DNA of 64,000 nucleotides. It comes from Phoronis australis (taxonomy: Eukaryota; Animalia; Phoronida). Positions 52,076-64,000 of the stretch are shown one piece after another. A program made the translations under genes and the position numbers. The notes beneath the pieces are model-generated. The model saw only the letters and a program-made list of their open reading frames with translations. It ran no database searches and was not told the DNA's origin. The stretch covers positions 254,585-318,584 of the forward strand of contig NMRA01000268.1 in assembly GCA_002633005.1 (NCBI GenBank). The letters are read 5' to 3'. Numbering within the stretch: the first letter of the stretch is position 1; each line of letters begins with the position of its first letter.

Positions 52076-52570
52076 TGACAATCTCCATAAGATCGGCCCT
52101 TCATTTTCACTTGAATTAATAACTTGAATTTTTTACTTAATCGTTTAACTTACCAGTTAAGCTTCGATTAGACCCAGTCTTTGTCTTCATCAACTTAAAA
52201 AGTGCATCGTAGACTGTGCACACAAATGAAACACCGGAAACAAATTCATCATAAAAAACTAAAATAGTTTTCGTCAGCTCAGCTTTATTTAAAAAATAAC
52301 TCTTTAAATTATCCATAATACCAAAAAATATACAAATAAGCATAAAATATAATAAAAAGTACTTCTTTGAAGATAATTAACAAAACATTCGAAAGGATTC
52401 AAATTACGGCTGTGTTTACAATGGTAAAAGGTCAAGTTGTGGCTTCTACGTGCACTGGATGCACTCGGTCAGTTTAACATTGAGCAGTGACCACGGCGTG
52501 CTTTCGGGTAGCAGCTTCCTTTGTTGGAGGGACGCGCAACAGCAGTCTCCTCTTGATTCCTATTAACTCG

Positions 52571-52648
52571 ATGGCTACCGTTCCACGAAGTATCATCGAT
52601 GCTGGGAAGAAAGCTGCAGCGTACGCTGCAGTAAATGATCACATTAAG
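52571..52648 (+). CDS. RPIA: Ribose-5-phosphate isomerase A, exon 1
   Basis: MATVPRSIIDAGKKAAAYAAVNDHIK|gtactg, the conserved KxxAAxxAV N-terminal helix. Confidence 0.9.
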
Positions 52649-55310
52649 GTACTGTCTGTAGGCCTACTGTGTAGTGTGCATGCTGTATGGTACTGTATTT
52701 AGGGAGAACAACATTTTTCAAAAATTTTAGAAAATGTGCATGTAATATACATCACGAGAAAGCTCTCTACAAGACTAAAAGAACGGTGCAAAAAATTTTT
52801 AAATCGGACTTACGGTTCCGGAGAAAATGGTGTTTTTGTGTCAAATTTTTTGGTAAAAATTCTGTCAAATCAAATTTGTGAGTTTGAAATATAATGGTTA
52901 CAAATCTACGTAACCTAGACAGACATGTTATACATCATTTCAAAGAAAATTTTATGATGAATAATTTGCAAAAAAGAACATTCCGATTGGACATTCCTGT
53001 GCGAAGATATTGACCTTAAAGTCAACAAAGTCGACGAAGAAAAGTCATTACGTTCAATTTTGTCGTTTCAAATTGGCATAAAATAACAATCACTCAAGAA
53101 AAAAAAATAAGCTAGTATCATTTCAAGATTTTTCATCAGGGAAGTTGAAATCTGATAATTGGTTTGGGCAAATTATTAATATTATTTTGTGACTTTTTTG
53201 TTGACATGCAGTTTGCGACTTACTTAACTTTGTCAAAATGCATTACTTAAAAAAATTAAAGATAAACAACATCATTTCAAATATGTATTGATGAAAAGTA
53301 TGATAAACAAAAATTTTAATACAAGCTTCATACAGTAAATAGAAATTAAACATACTTTCCACAACAATGTAACAAAATGTAGACCTTGTCTTGAGCCATG
53401 CAGGAAAGTTCATGCTATGCCGGAAACGACAACTGCAATATTATTTCCAAAGTTGTCTTGATATGAACACATAAAGGTATGTATGATGGGCAGATAAATA
53501 AAGTTCTCAAGGCATCCTCAAGGAAGGAAGGTCAAACCTTTTCACTGATTATTGACAGTGAGTACCTTCAAGTAAACAGACAGTCAGTGGAGTTCCTTAC
53601 ACAGACTTGTGGCCTCTTCAAGGGGCCAAACCCTTTCACTGACTATCGAAAGTCAGTGGAGTGCCTTACAGACTTATGGCATTCTCAAGGAAGGGGGGGG
53701 CAAACACTTTCACTAAGTCAGTGGAGTACTTCACAGAGTTGTATCATCCTCCAGGAAGGGGGCTGTTAAGTCAGTGGAATACCAATACACAATATGGAGC
53801 ACGCCAGCACTTCGAGGTCCTCTTGACCAAAATCGTCCATCACCCGAAAGGTGCGCACAGCCTCATCTTCATCGTAGTGGGTATTGAGCCAAACTCACTT
53901 GCTGACTGCAAGTAGAATCGGTAGAAGCAGGACAGAAGAAGGATCTGGACCAAGAGCTAGCCTGGTCTGATGAGACAGAAATGCGAGCTGAGACATGATG
54001 ATATGTATTATAGTAAACTGACAAATAGGAATGAAATTATCAGAAAAAATGATGAAGAAAATAACAACTGGTTTGGTCCACAGCATTTTCCAACAAAGGT
54101 TACGTGAAAGATATAGGCCAGGCTGAGATATATAACAATCTAGACGAACCTCTGAATTGTTTTGTAAAAACTATATTCATGGTAAAAAAATATTGATAGC
54201 ATGTATAGTTTTTCATGGTAGTAAACATACAGTTTTGGTTGAAAACACAGCACTGGAGTAGAAATGCACAGTTGTAATATTTGTTTACTCTAAAATTAAA
54301 ATGTTTTCATTTTCTATCTTGACATATGCTGGCTAAACTGTCTTTGCCAGTATGGGTGGTCCTGTCTGGCCACAAGTCAGGTCTTAGTGGCCTGACCTAC
54401 AAAAATGTGAGGCAAAAATAGGAAAAAAGAACCTTAAATAAGAGATTCATTGTTCTCACAACGAGAAATTACTTTTTGGGTCTCTTTTACATTAACTTTT
54501 CAACAGGAAAAGTTGAAATGCTTTAGTTTGGGAACCAAAAATTCGCCGCGATTCGAAGGAGCACCCCTAGCGGCAGTACCCGGAACTACGAAGTGAGTCA
54601 GAAATACGCCCGATTGTCAGAAATCGACGAAGGGCCCGTTTGCAACAAGTGTTTGAAATAGTTCATTGATGAACCCTTTAGTGCGCAATACGATTCATTA
54701 TGTGCGCAAATTAGGAAATGTACCAATTAATTCAGATCAAAGTTGAAGGTCGTGGGAACTGGCAACTTTTTCAACTTTTAAGACGACGAAAGTGAAAACT
54801 ACTTACGTAATAACGTGCGCAAGGGTTTCCTCTACAAGTTCATGAAGTTTCACGCCAAAATTCGAGAGTTTAGTCTTCTCCTGAGTTGAAAATCAAATAC
54901 CAGTTGTTTTTACCGGCGACCATTTTGCTTTGAAATGTCGGTCACGTTGCTGCAAAAAACTCGTGCAAAGTATTATTAAACGGATTTTGCGACGAAAAAA
55001 GACTAACATTTAAGTAAAATAACGTACTATTTCATACTTTGTATTAATTTTTATTCACATTTATTGCATTTTTGAGTGATTTTTTGCCGATTGTAATGTG
55101 CAAATTTTACACGGTGACAGATACGCGAAGCGATTTGGTGACGTATGTTGTCCTCGCTACTGTATTATGTCTGTGGTGTCCCATTGCCATATTGTTTTTC
55201 ACCTGTCTTTGGCCTGAGCAAAAAACTGAAATGTTCAGACAGTCATCCAGTTGAGTTATGAGTTTCACCCATCTATCAATGGCGTGAATTTTAATTTTTA
55301 AGCCTGTAAA

Positions 55311-55680
55311 TAACGTAGAAAAAAATCCGAAACTTAAAAAGAGGCGATCCAGATCCTCAGTCTAAAGAATACACTAGTGTTTCGAAAAGTAGAATAAATA
55401 TACGTAAATAAAACAACAAAAATGGATCACTGAAATTTTCGGATATATAACATTCTTCGTGTACAGAAACCTTGAAACTATTGGATTGAACATAAAGACT
55501 TCTTAAATTATATCTTTACTTTTTTCCACAACAATGACAATGTATCATGCTCATTACACCATATATCAGATGTCAATTGTCATATAGTGTTTGATTTTAC
55601 TTTATTTCTCTTTCTGTTGACGAAGGATGTTATTACATCTGAAAATTTCAGTGATCCATTTTTTTGTTTATTTACGTATA
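55311..55680 (-). mobile_element. Penelope-like non-autonomous fold-back insertion (copy 2)
   Basis: 13-bp direct repeat TTAAGCCTGTAAA at 55298-55310 and 55681-55693, inverted arms at 55397-55460 / 55620-55682, and a tail homologous to 32925-32972. Confidence 0.72.
55614..55651 (+). ncRNA. Minimal type I hammerhead ribozyme (Penelope-type)
   Basis: CTG-TTGACGA-A-GGATGT(TATT)ACATCT-GAA-AATT-T-CAG: stem I CTG/CAG, 6-bp stem II, and palindromic AATT stem III. Confidence 0.6.
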
Positions 55681-57714
55681 TTAAGCCTGTAAACTAATGC
55701 TAAAAGTGTGAGGGTTTCTTTTGTACTTTGTAGCACATATTACACTTGCAGTATAAATGGAAGCAAGACTCTTCTGCTCAGCAGAGATGATGGAGCTTCT
55801 ATAGGAGCTTCATACACCGAAAGTTTTTTGGCAAATTATCCACTGACTAAAGCATCAAAGCCGCGTAATTGTTATTAATGCCTTTTGCGCATAGATAGAC
55901 ACCATAGGAGGTCGTTGAAGTATTTAATTCCTTTCAAGTTGAACAAATGCTCTTGTTATCAGACTTTTTCTTCGAGCAGTCCCTTGTTCAGTTCCAAAAA
56001 CCGGTAACTCGCCATTTTCACACTGCACATGGGTATAAGTACGTCATGCCACCGGCCGGGCGCAGTGTGGTTGCTGACACGAACCCCTGGACACTTTCCA
56101 TGGAGCAAATGGTGGTGATAATTAAGGCTTCAACTGTGCAGGTAGGCAGCTCGCATTGCCTTTCTGCTGCTGCTTACCAGAGGACAAAGCAGGCTCGTAT
56201 TTATGCATATATGGGATAAATGGACAATAATCCTTATGGCAGTTTTATTTGTAATAACAGCAAATTCGTGGAATGCTGAAGCCAAGAAAACATTTAGTAC
56301 AGTAGTTTTTGATATAAACTGGACGAGGTTAAAAGAGGCCTGAACTACATGTTTCAGCATTTTAATATGAATTTTGAAAGTATAAAGGTTGGTTACTGGC
56401 ATCCATGTACAGCACACATCACGAATTTTTGGCCGACCGGTCGGAAATTGGTCGACGACCGGCCGTCGACCGGTCGTCTAGCCGCCCAGCAGCCGACAAA
56501 CAACGGTCGGCTAGGAGCCGTCTGCTGNCAAGCGCTGTACAGCACAAAGAGATATAGGTCATTAGCCTTGCAAGTACGTAGTCCAGTTGACAGATCAACA
56601 TGTGCATACTCACAGCCTTTTTTGTTTTTCTTTCCTGCGACTTTGATTCATGCCAGGGCCTAGCCAGCCAGCTAGCTGTATGAAGACTATCTTCAAAATA
56701 CAACTAGGTACCAGTAGCACTGTGTGTTGAGGTCCGTTAGATTCCGAAATTTCACATAGCCCGGGTAGTTCTGCTCGTCACCTCGTCCCGAAAGTTATAT
56801 CAACATGTAGAGCTCTAAACCGGCAGGGGAGCGTGCAAATATCTGGGTGTCAACCGACACTCACCTTGCCCGCTGGAGCAATTTAAGTGAAAAACAATCT
56901 AGTAAACATTATTTTATTTCATAATTCTCAGCCTTTTGTTACAAAGAAAACAGTACGCTCAACACACGCTATTTTCTAAAAATTTGCGATATCTGCCGGG
57001 AAATGATGACAGCTTCGCAGGAGCAATTTTTTATGGTATTAAAATACCAAAAACTTGTAAGGAAATGAAATCAGCTCTAGTAATTTGTTGTGACATGTAC
57101 ACAACTTCGAAGAACAGTTCGATCGCTTGTTATACTTGGAAGAACAACTCGGGGAACGAAACTGGCCAATAAGGCAACAGGTGGCGGTGCCGAAAGCTGA
57201 CCTTAAAGAGCGCACCCAAATTTTAGCAGCAGAGTGAACGGCAGAACGTCAACTTTTTCAACACCAGTCAATAATTTAGTTTACTCAAGGAACAGTGTAA
57301 TTTTTAATGTCACTAACTTTGTGTCAGATTTTGTTCGATCAGTTTTTACCCACGTCAGTGCCACGGCCGCTGTATATTTACTATACAGCTTGCACGGTGA
57401 GTTCTGATATAGACTTTATTCATCAATTAAATTACATTAAAAATACATGTTATTGTATTTCAGGAACCTTTTAAAGTTGGATGAATTTTTGATCCACAAA
57501 ATCGCCACTAAATACCCTTTTCTTTTTACTAGTTTGACGTGATAGGTATTCTTCCATGCACTATGTTGAAATCGCGGCAACTAACCTTGCGCTTAATTAA
57601 AAAAAGTAATAACGGCTAAGTGTAATGACGTCTTGTCAAACTCTAACTTAAGTTCGAGAAACTGTTTGGTGTCATGAGTCATGGGTATGCTGTTGGAATG
57701 TTAGGAGTTCTCAT

Positions 57715-59524
57715 TTTTATGCGCCCACATATTTACATGTGGACGCATTATGCCATCATCTCCTTCCGTCCGTCCGGGGGGCGTCCGTCCATCGTCCGCT
57801 GCTCTATCTCCAAAACACTTTGACTTACGTTCATGAAATTTGGCACATATGCTCCATTCATGAATGGGACGGCATGAGCGATTTTTCGAACGGATCCGAC
57901 GACCGGTGTGTCCCCTAGTGGCAATTTTAGTTTTTTACGCTTACCTTTGTATCTTCAAAAGTCCTGAATGGATTTTCATGAAATTTGGTGTGTTGGCACC
58001 TATTAGTGAGACGACGCTATCCTGCAGTTTTCGGATGGATCCGACGTAGTTTGCGTCACCTAGTTGCCATTTTTACTGTTTTTGAGTCTGTTTTTTGCGT
58101 CCGCCCCTCTATCAACCAAACCGCTCAAAGGATGATTGTGAAAATTGGCATGTATGTGCTTACTGTAAAGAGGATGGTTGACGATGATTTTCTGATGATT
58201 TCGACTACTGCGGCGTCTCCTAGAGGCAGTTTTGTTTTTGTTGCGCCTATGGCTGTATCTTTTTTTCACAATTAATACATTTATTACAAAAGACAAATAC
58301 ATATACAAATATACACACAACACAACACAACAACGTACAGAGCTGTGCATAAAAATAACGAGAAAGCACTTCATTGTTACTTCGAAGTTAAAAAGTACTA
58401 CTTAAGTTTCTGTTCTGGCATCTGGTCAACTCTCTGGGTCCCCTCATGTTTCAAAAACACATTTCCAATCTTCCCATTTTTCGTATCATTAAATTTCCGT
58501 GTGTTTAACGAAGCACTAAGTTCTACATTAAAACACTCATTCAAAAAATTTTTAAGACATCCTAAATTAGGTTTGACGTTAGCAAATTTCCTTTTAATAA
58601 TGAAAATTTTAGTTTGTAAAAGAAACCATTTCAAAATTCTATTCTTTTCGTTTTGGAGACCAAATATTATGGTGGTTTTGTCTATTTCAAAATTTACTTG
58701 CATTGCAGTCGTTAACCAGAGACGTACCCCATGCCAGAAAGAATTAACATGTTCACATTCAAAGAATAAGTGTTCTAGAGTTTCGGGAAAGCATGTATAT
58801 GATCTCCTAAACCGTTCGCAGGATCTTTACTTAATTTAGCAAGTGTATTTATATGATGTTGACTACGGAAGACGACGACTTTCGGACAGATCTGACTACT
58901 GCTGTGCCCTCTAGTGTCAATTTTAGTTTTTTATGTTTAACTCAGTATCTTCAAAGGTCCTCAACAGATTTTCATAAAATTTTAAATATAGGCATCTATT
59001 GGCGTGATGATGCTATCTTCCTGTTTTTGGATGGAATCAAGGTATTTTGCACCACCTAGTGGCCATTTTTGCTATTTTCAAATCTTGTTTTTGGCGTCCA
59101 CCCCTGTATCAACCAAATCATTTGAAAATTGGCAAAAATGTTCTCAGTGTGAAGACAACCTTTGATGATGGTGAGTGACTACTGTGGCGCCTCCTAGTGG
59201 TAGTTTTGTTTTGCTCCCATAGTTGTATCTCCTAAACCCACTGCAGGATGTTTACTAAATTTAGTAAGTGTATTTATATGAAGATAACAACAGACGACGA
59301 CGACTTTCTGGTGGATTCAACGGACACTGTGCCCACTAGTGGCAATTTCATTTTATTCTGTTTTCCTTTGTTTCTCTGAAGTTCCTTGACAGATTTTTAT
59401 GAAATATGGCATGTTCCTGTTTTTGGATGGATTGTATTGGCCATTTTTATGATACAAATAACCCTAAAAGCACACCATTTGCAATGCATTCGTGGGCGCA
59501 TTTCAACGCTCCGCGTTGCTCTTG
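57715..59524 (+). mobile_element. Helentron-associated interspersed element (HINE/DINE-1/pearl-like), complete
   Basis: T-run followed by subTIR ATGCGCCCAC (57719) with a nearby inverted GTGGACGCAT, then a (GTCC)n microsatellite and internal tandem units (cctagtggc/atgaaatttgg). The 3' end has subTIR GTGGGCGCAT (59492-59501), hairpin CAACGCTCCGCGTTG and CTCTTG|TTT. Confidence 0.85.
58260..58800 (-). mobile_element. 3' fragment of an L1/Tx1-type LINE nested in the HINE
   Basis: The minus strand reads PETLEHLFFECEHVNSFW...IIFG..., an ORF2 C-terminal zinc-knuckle region, followed by AATAAA and a short polyA at 58260-58266. It interrupts the HINE unit ggctgtatct|cctaaaccgttc, which is intact in the copy at ~63742. 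Confidence 0.8.
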
Positions 59525-60182
59525 TTTCTTGAACCTTATTGTTTTGGTGTTTTTTTGGAACAAGTTTATTATCACTAAAATAGCTTGCTTAGAAAAAATG
59601 CTGTTGACTGCATAATCCTCTGATGTCATCAGTCAGGTCACCATTTGCGACAAGCCTTTTTGACTCCAAAATGTGGTACAACCTCTTCGTGCTAAGTTGA
59701 CAGTAGAGCTGTTCTGGTCTGCATCACAACAAGCATGATGTCTGCTCTGCCACTTCTTTTAAACGTCTTTCTGCATTACAATGTTCCTTGCCTATGTTGT
59801 CAGGAGTCGATGAACCGATTAATCAGGGAACCCCCTTGCGCCAATTTGGACAGAGAAAGTCCATGCAGACCAACCCGTGGCCTAGACTGCTTGTTCTAGC
59901 TTAGCATTCATTGTTAAAGGCGAAGGCAACCTTTTTCCATGTCATTTTGAGCTAAAATAAGGTTGGTTGGTTATCCTAGACATATTTTCCACTTAATTAC
60001 AGCTTTTCGTAATTTTATTAATTACTCGTCCGCTACTGCGGAAGTGACGTTTTAGGAGGCAAGCATTTCGCGCCAATTTCTTTTCATATAGTCCGACTGT
60101 GAGAGCTGCCAAGTCAGTCATTGTTCTACCTCGGTTGTGTTAAGTTCCGTCGTCGTTTGCTTTCATTTACTTGTCAGACAAC

Positions 60183-60960
60183 ATGCCACACTGTTGCTGC
60201 GTACCAGAATGTACATCGGCTCACGCACGCTTTGGGAGTACCTTTGCATCGCTTTCCGATGGATGACACACTTAATTCGCCGTACTTGGCTCGTTCGTGT
60301 GAAGAACGCAGCGTTACCTGTCCACGCAACGTACAAAGCAGTGAAGAATTACCGTGTGTGCGGCAAGCAATTTCTGCCCTCCGGTTACGAAAGGGATTTG
60401 TACTCTGAACTGATGAAGGTCCCTGCGAAACAACGCCTGAAGAAGGATGCCATTCTGTCTGTGTTGATTCCCGGCAGTGCCCCGTCGCCACCCCCGAGAA
60501 GTGCGTTTTTAAAGCGAGAAGCCTCGCGAGCTGTGGCCAGTACAGTGACTGGAGCCAGTGGAGGCACTTCATCTACTGTCACCCATGCCTCCGAATGTAC
60601 CCCAGAGCGTGCAATTCCTGGAACCAGTAGTGATTGCCCTGTGCTGTTTTCTCCAGCCCAGAGCCTCTAAGCAGCCCTGCAACGATACTGAGTAGTGGGA
60701 GTGATTACAGGCCCAGTTCGACACCCAGTGAAGAGGACAGTTTGTCGTTCAGTGAACAGATCGGTGAGCCAAACTTTGATAAGTTTATCGTGGACTTGTC
60801 TATTTAGAAGGTGCCAGGTGTGTGGCGAGGGAGTCACACGACACGATGTAAGCAGTTTGGGTGCTCAGGTCACCATCCAGTGGGAGTGTGTCGCGGGACA
60901 CTCTGGCAAGTGGGACAGTTGTTCCTCTGTCCGTGGTATGCCGGAGGTCCACTTAACCAT
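60183..60960 (+). pseudogene. THAP-domain Kolobok transposase N-terminal remnant (frameshifted)
   Basis: MPHCCCVPEC / LHRFPMDD / RTWLVRV...VCGKQF...DAILSV / RRCQVC...WECVAGHSGKWDS, spread across several frames. Confidence 0.86.
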
Positions 60961-61260
60961 GTCCAGTAGTGGCTTGGCCTCGTCGAACTCTGAACAGCAC
61001 AAGCATTCCATTGAGGTAGGCATAACAACGCACACAGTGCATTTGCACCAAGATGTGTCACCACGTCTGTCCTCAGTAGCCGCCTCGTTTCTCTCAACAG
61101 CTGCCTGTGCCTGTGCGTACTCTGCCTCGTTATACTCGGGCTCAAACATGTACCCACCCACTGAATGTCCGTGAAAAAATTCCTCGTCACCACTGCTGTG
61201 AACAAGGTCTCCGTCACTCACACTACTGTCACTGTGATACGGGTCACCGACTCCAGCCAT
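60865..61260 (-). pseudogene. Truncated KolX ORF (open from ATG, reads into antisense transposase)
   Basis: MAGVGDPYHSDSSVSDGDLVHSSGDEE...GYMFEPEY...WCKCTVCVVMPTSMECLCCSEFDEAKPLLD plus ~31 aa derived from the antisense strand, then a stop. Confidence 0.82.
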
Positions 61261-62148
61261 TTTCAGCTTACAACACACTAAACAATCCCTAAATCCAACG
61301 TAGTTGAGTTCTCTACTAACCTATCTTGCCGCAGAATACTCGCCGATGAAAAGTGGTGGCGACAATTGTTGAAAAACAGCACAAAACAAAAGTAGATAGA
61401 ATAGATTCGCACGGTAAAGTCAACGCAAAACCAAGTGGCGGGAAACGCTTCCCTCCTAAAAACGTCACTTCCGGAGTAGCGGACGAGTAATTAATAAAGT
61501 TACGAAAAGCTGTAATTAAATGGAAAATATGTCTAGGATAACCAACCCACCTTATTTTGGCTCAAAATGACATGGAAAAAGGTTGCCTTTGCCTTTAAAG
61601 TGTCGGAAAAAAACAGTCGTCTTCCAACGTCTGCTTTCATATTTCACTTTGAAATTCCTGCACCATCCATAATACCGATTAGGGTTTTTTGTGTACTTTG
61701 CCTGATGTTTTCTCACCAGGTCTAACAAATGATATGCTCCCCGTCCCTACACTAGGTCACTTAGTAACTATCACTACAATCCTTGCCTTCTCCAGAATAA
61801 TTGCCAGTTCCATTAATACCTTGTCATGTTGCCACCTATATCTACCCTGCGACAGAGCTGTCCTGATAACATGTCTCAGTGGACACCTGTTCTCTGTCAG
61901 ACCCCATCTCATCTGCACAAGTTAGACAGTGTTTGTAATAGGTCGTACACGGACCTAAGTAAAACCTGTATTTTGAATGGTTCCATTCTCCATAGTTCAG
62001 ACCTCGTTAACTTCCTGCTGTCTGTCCTTGTCCAAGTGCCCTGGACTCTTCTTCGCACCTTCTAATAGCCCGTTGCACCATTTGTCTTCTTGCCATTTTT
62101 CAGTAGCTTTCAAAAGACTTACATTGTGTATTTTTCTCTGTTATGCAG

Positions 62149-62209
62149 GATAAGCAAGTCATTGGTATTGGAAGTGGGTCAACAGTTGTGTTTGCTGTGG
62201 ACAGGATTG
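62149..62209 (+). CDS. RPIA: RPIA exon 2
   Basis: gcag|DKQVIGIGSGSTVVFAVDRI G|gtaaaa, with the GxGSGST motif. Confidence 0.96.
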
Positions 62210-62768
62210 GTAAAATTTGATGCTTCTGAACAGGATTTATGCATCTAAAAGTAGTTTATTGAACATACATTTTGCCATTTCTTCCAAAGGAATTTCATGA
62301 TGGTATTAAGATTATACCTTACTTTGATTGGGAGTCTAAAAACCAGTTCTTCATATTTTAAAATATACTGTGTTTCACCTGGTCTAAATATTAAAGTTTT
62401 GAAAATGCTAAGATTGGAAAAAAGTATTTTTTATCCACAGATTTTTTAACAAGTAGCCTTTATTCGAAATAATGATGGGCAATTGCTAATTGCCATATAC
62501 AATGGTCAGGCGTATCTTTTAAAGTGGGTATGTCTCATTTTAAATTTTGTGTTATTAAAAAATAACATTTCATACGAAATATTCTTCTGGTATTCTGAGC
62601 TTGACAGAACCAGTTACATAAAACGCGGATCAGTTTGAAAATTTCGTTTGAACTAAATTTTGTTCTGAAAACAAGAAGATGGCATTGTTTTGATTTCATT
62701 GTCTTTAAATCTCAATCATTTTGTATGTCTGTGATTGGTCCAAATGATTTTACATTACTGTTTTACAG

Positions 62769-62884
62769 TGGCACGAGTGAAAGCTGAACACTTAGAGCTG
62801 GTGTGCATTCCTACATCCTTCCAAGCTCGTCAGCTCATCATAGCGGGTGGACTGAGGCTAGGGGACCTGCAAGCTTATCCTGAG
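62769..62884 (+). CDS. RPIA: RPIA exon 3 (gene continues beyond window)
   Basis: acag|(V)[38 protein letters not shown]|gtatgt. Confidence 0.96.
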
Positions 62885-63187
62885 GTATGTCCATGTTTGC
62901 TGTGTAGTCCATTTTGTTTTAGTAATGAAACTGACACGTTTTACACAAAAGATTTTATGGTTTGGAAATAAATGGTAATTAAGACTGTTAGGTTATTCAG
63001 ATCATTATTGAAGCAGTTACAAACTTGACTTGGATGTGATTTCTTGGCTTTGAAAGAACTGATAGCTTGAGACCAGGCTATATAAGTTGGCTTGTCATTT
63101 TATGCGCCAAGCAGGTCTCAAAAAATAACGAACTTTCAATTTTTTTGCTAGTCCTTCTCGTGTCCGTAAAGAACAAGTTGAGATGCA

Positions 63188-64000
63188 TTTTTATGCGCCC
63201 ACATATTTATATGTGGACGCATTATGCCGTCATCTCCGTCCGTCCGTCTGTACGGGCGGCGTCCGTCCGGCGTCTGGTGTCCGGCGTCCGCTGCTCTTTC
63301 TCCAAAACCCTTTGACATATGTTCATGAAATTTGGCACATATGTTCCATTTATGAATGGGACGGCATGTGCGAACTTTCGGACGGATCCGACTACCGGTG
63401 TGCCCCCTAGTGGCAATTTTAGTTTTTTACGCTTACCTTTGTATCTTCAAAAGTCCTGAACGGATTTTCATGAAATTTGGTATTAGGCACCTATTAGTGA
63501 GGTGACGCTATCCTGCCGTTTTCAGATGGATTCGACATAGTTTGCGCCACCTAGTGGCCATTTTTAATGTTTTCGAGTCTGTTTTTGTGCGTCCACCCCT
63601 CTATCAACCAAACTGCTCAAAGAATGATTGTGAAAATTGGCATGTTTATGCTTACTATGTAGAGGACGGTTGACCATGATTTTCCGATGATTTCGACCAC
63701 TGTGGCGCCTCCTAGTGGCAGTTTTGTTTTTTTTGCGCCTATGGCTGTAACTCCTAAACCGTTCACAGGATCGTTAGGAAATTGTGTAAGTATATTTATA
63801 TGATGTTAACAACGGAAGATGACGACTTTTGGATGGATCCGACTACCAGTGTGCCCCCTAGTGGCAATTGTAATTTTTTTACGCTTACCTTTGTATCTTC
63901 AAAAGTTTTGAACGGATTTTCATGAAATTTGGTATGTAGGCACCTATTAGTGAGATGACGCTATCCTCCCGTTTTCAGATGGATTCAACATAGTTTGCGC
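63188..64000 (+). mobile_element. HINE element, second copy (runs off window)
   Basis: TTTTTATGCGCCCACATATTTATATGTGGACGCAT, a (GTCC)n tract and the same internal units as 57715-59524. Confidence 0.85.

Larger units (their letters stand above)
59918..61594 (+). mobile_element. Kolobok DNA transposon, internally deleted (copy 2)
   Basis: TTAA at 59914-59917 and 61595-61598; AG...CT ends; ~157-bp TIRs; the same internal deletion as copy 1, in the opposite orientation. Confidence 0.92.
59650..62095 (-). mobile_element. Decayed Hero-like (RLE-type) LINE 3' fragment, split by Kolobok copy 2
   Basis: Minus-strand pieces: QGTWTR..RKLTRSELWRMEPFKIQVLLRSVYDLL, ALSQGRYRWQHDKVLMELA, ADVGRRLFFP, and GWSAWTFSVQIGARGF. 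Many stops and deletions. Confidence 0.75.

Noticed and set aside
53965-53982. CTGATGAGACAGAAA hammerhead-like core
   Set aside because: No stem II or flanking stems can form.

Overview
AT-rich, intron-rich genomic DNA from an animal, most likely a marine invertebrate; the species cannot be determined from the sequence. It holds three housekeeping genes: the last four exons of PSMD4/Rpn10 (+, 18383-20891), six coding exons of a type II pantothenate kinase (PANK, -, 24589-37781; first exon not located), and the first three exons of ribose-5-phosphate isomerase A (RPIA, +, 52571-62884, continuing past the window). PSMD4 and PANK are tail-to-tail; PANK and RPIA are head-to-head. The rest is dense with transposon relics: a decayed piggyBac; L2/Daphne-like, Hero-like and L1/Tx1-like LINE fragments; two Helentron-associated (HINE) elements; many MITEs; and two oppositely oriented ~1.7 kb TTAA-flanked Kolobok deletion derivatives, each with a THAP transposase 5' part joined tail-to-tail to a KolX (P2X7 ballast-like, Cys-rich) 5' part. 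The less obvious signals are two Penelope-type fold-back insertions carrying covarying minimal hammerhead ribozymes, a ~100 nt GC-rich three-way-junction structure at 5401-5500, a 45-bp minisatellite that amplifies a PANK splice donor, a possible decayed galectin-like gene, and a probable false haplotype duplication at an N. All calls come from manual reading; no database searches or folding programs were run.
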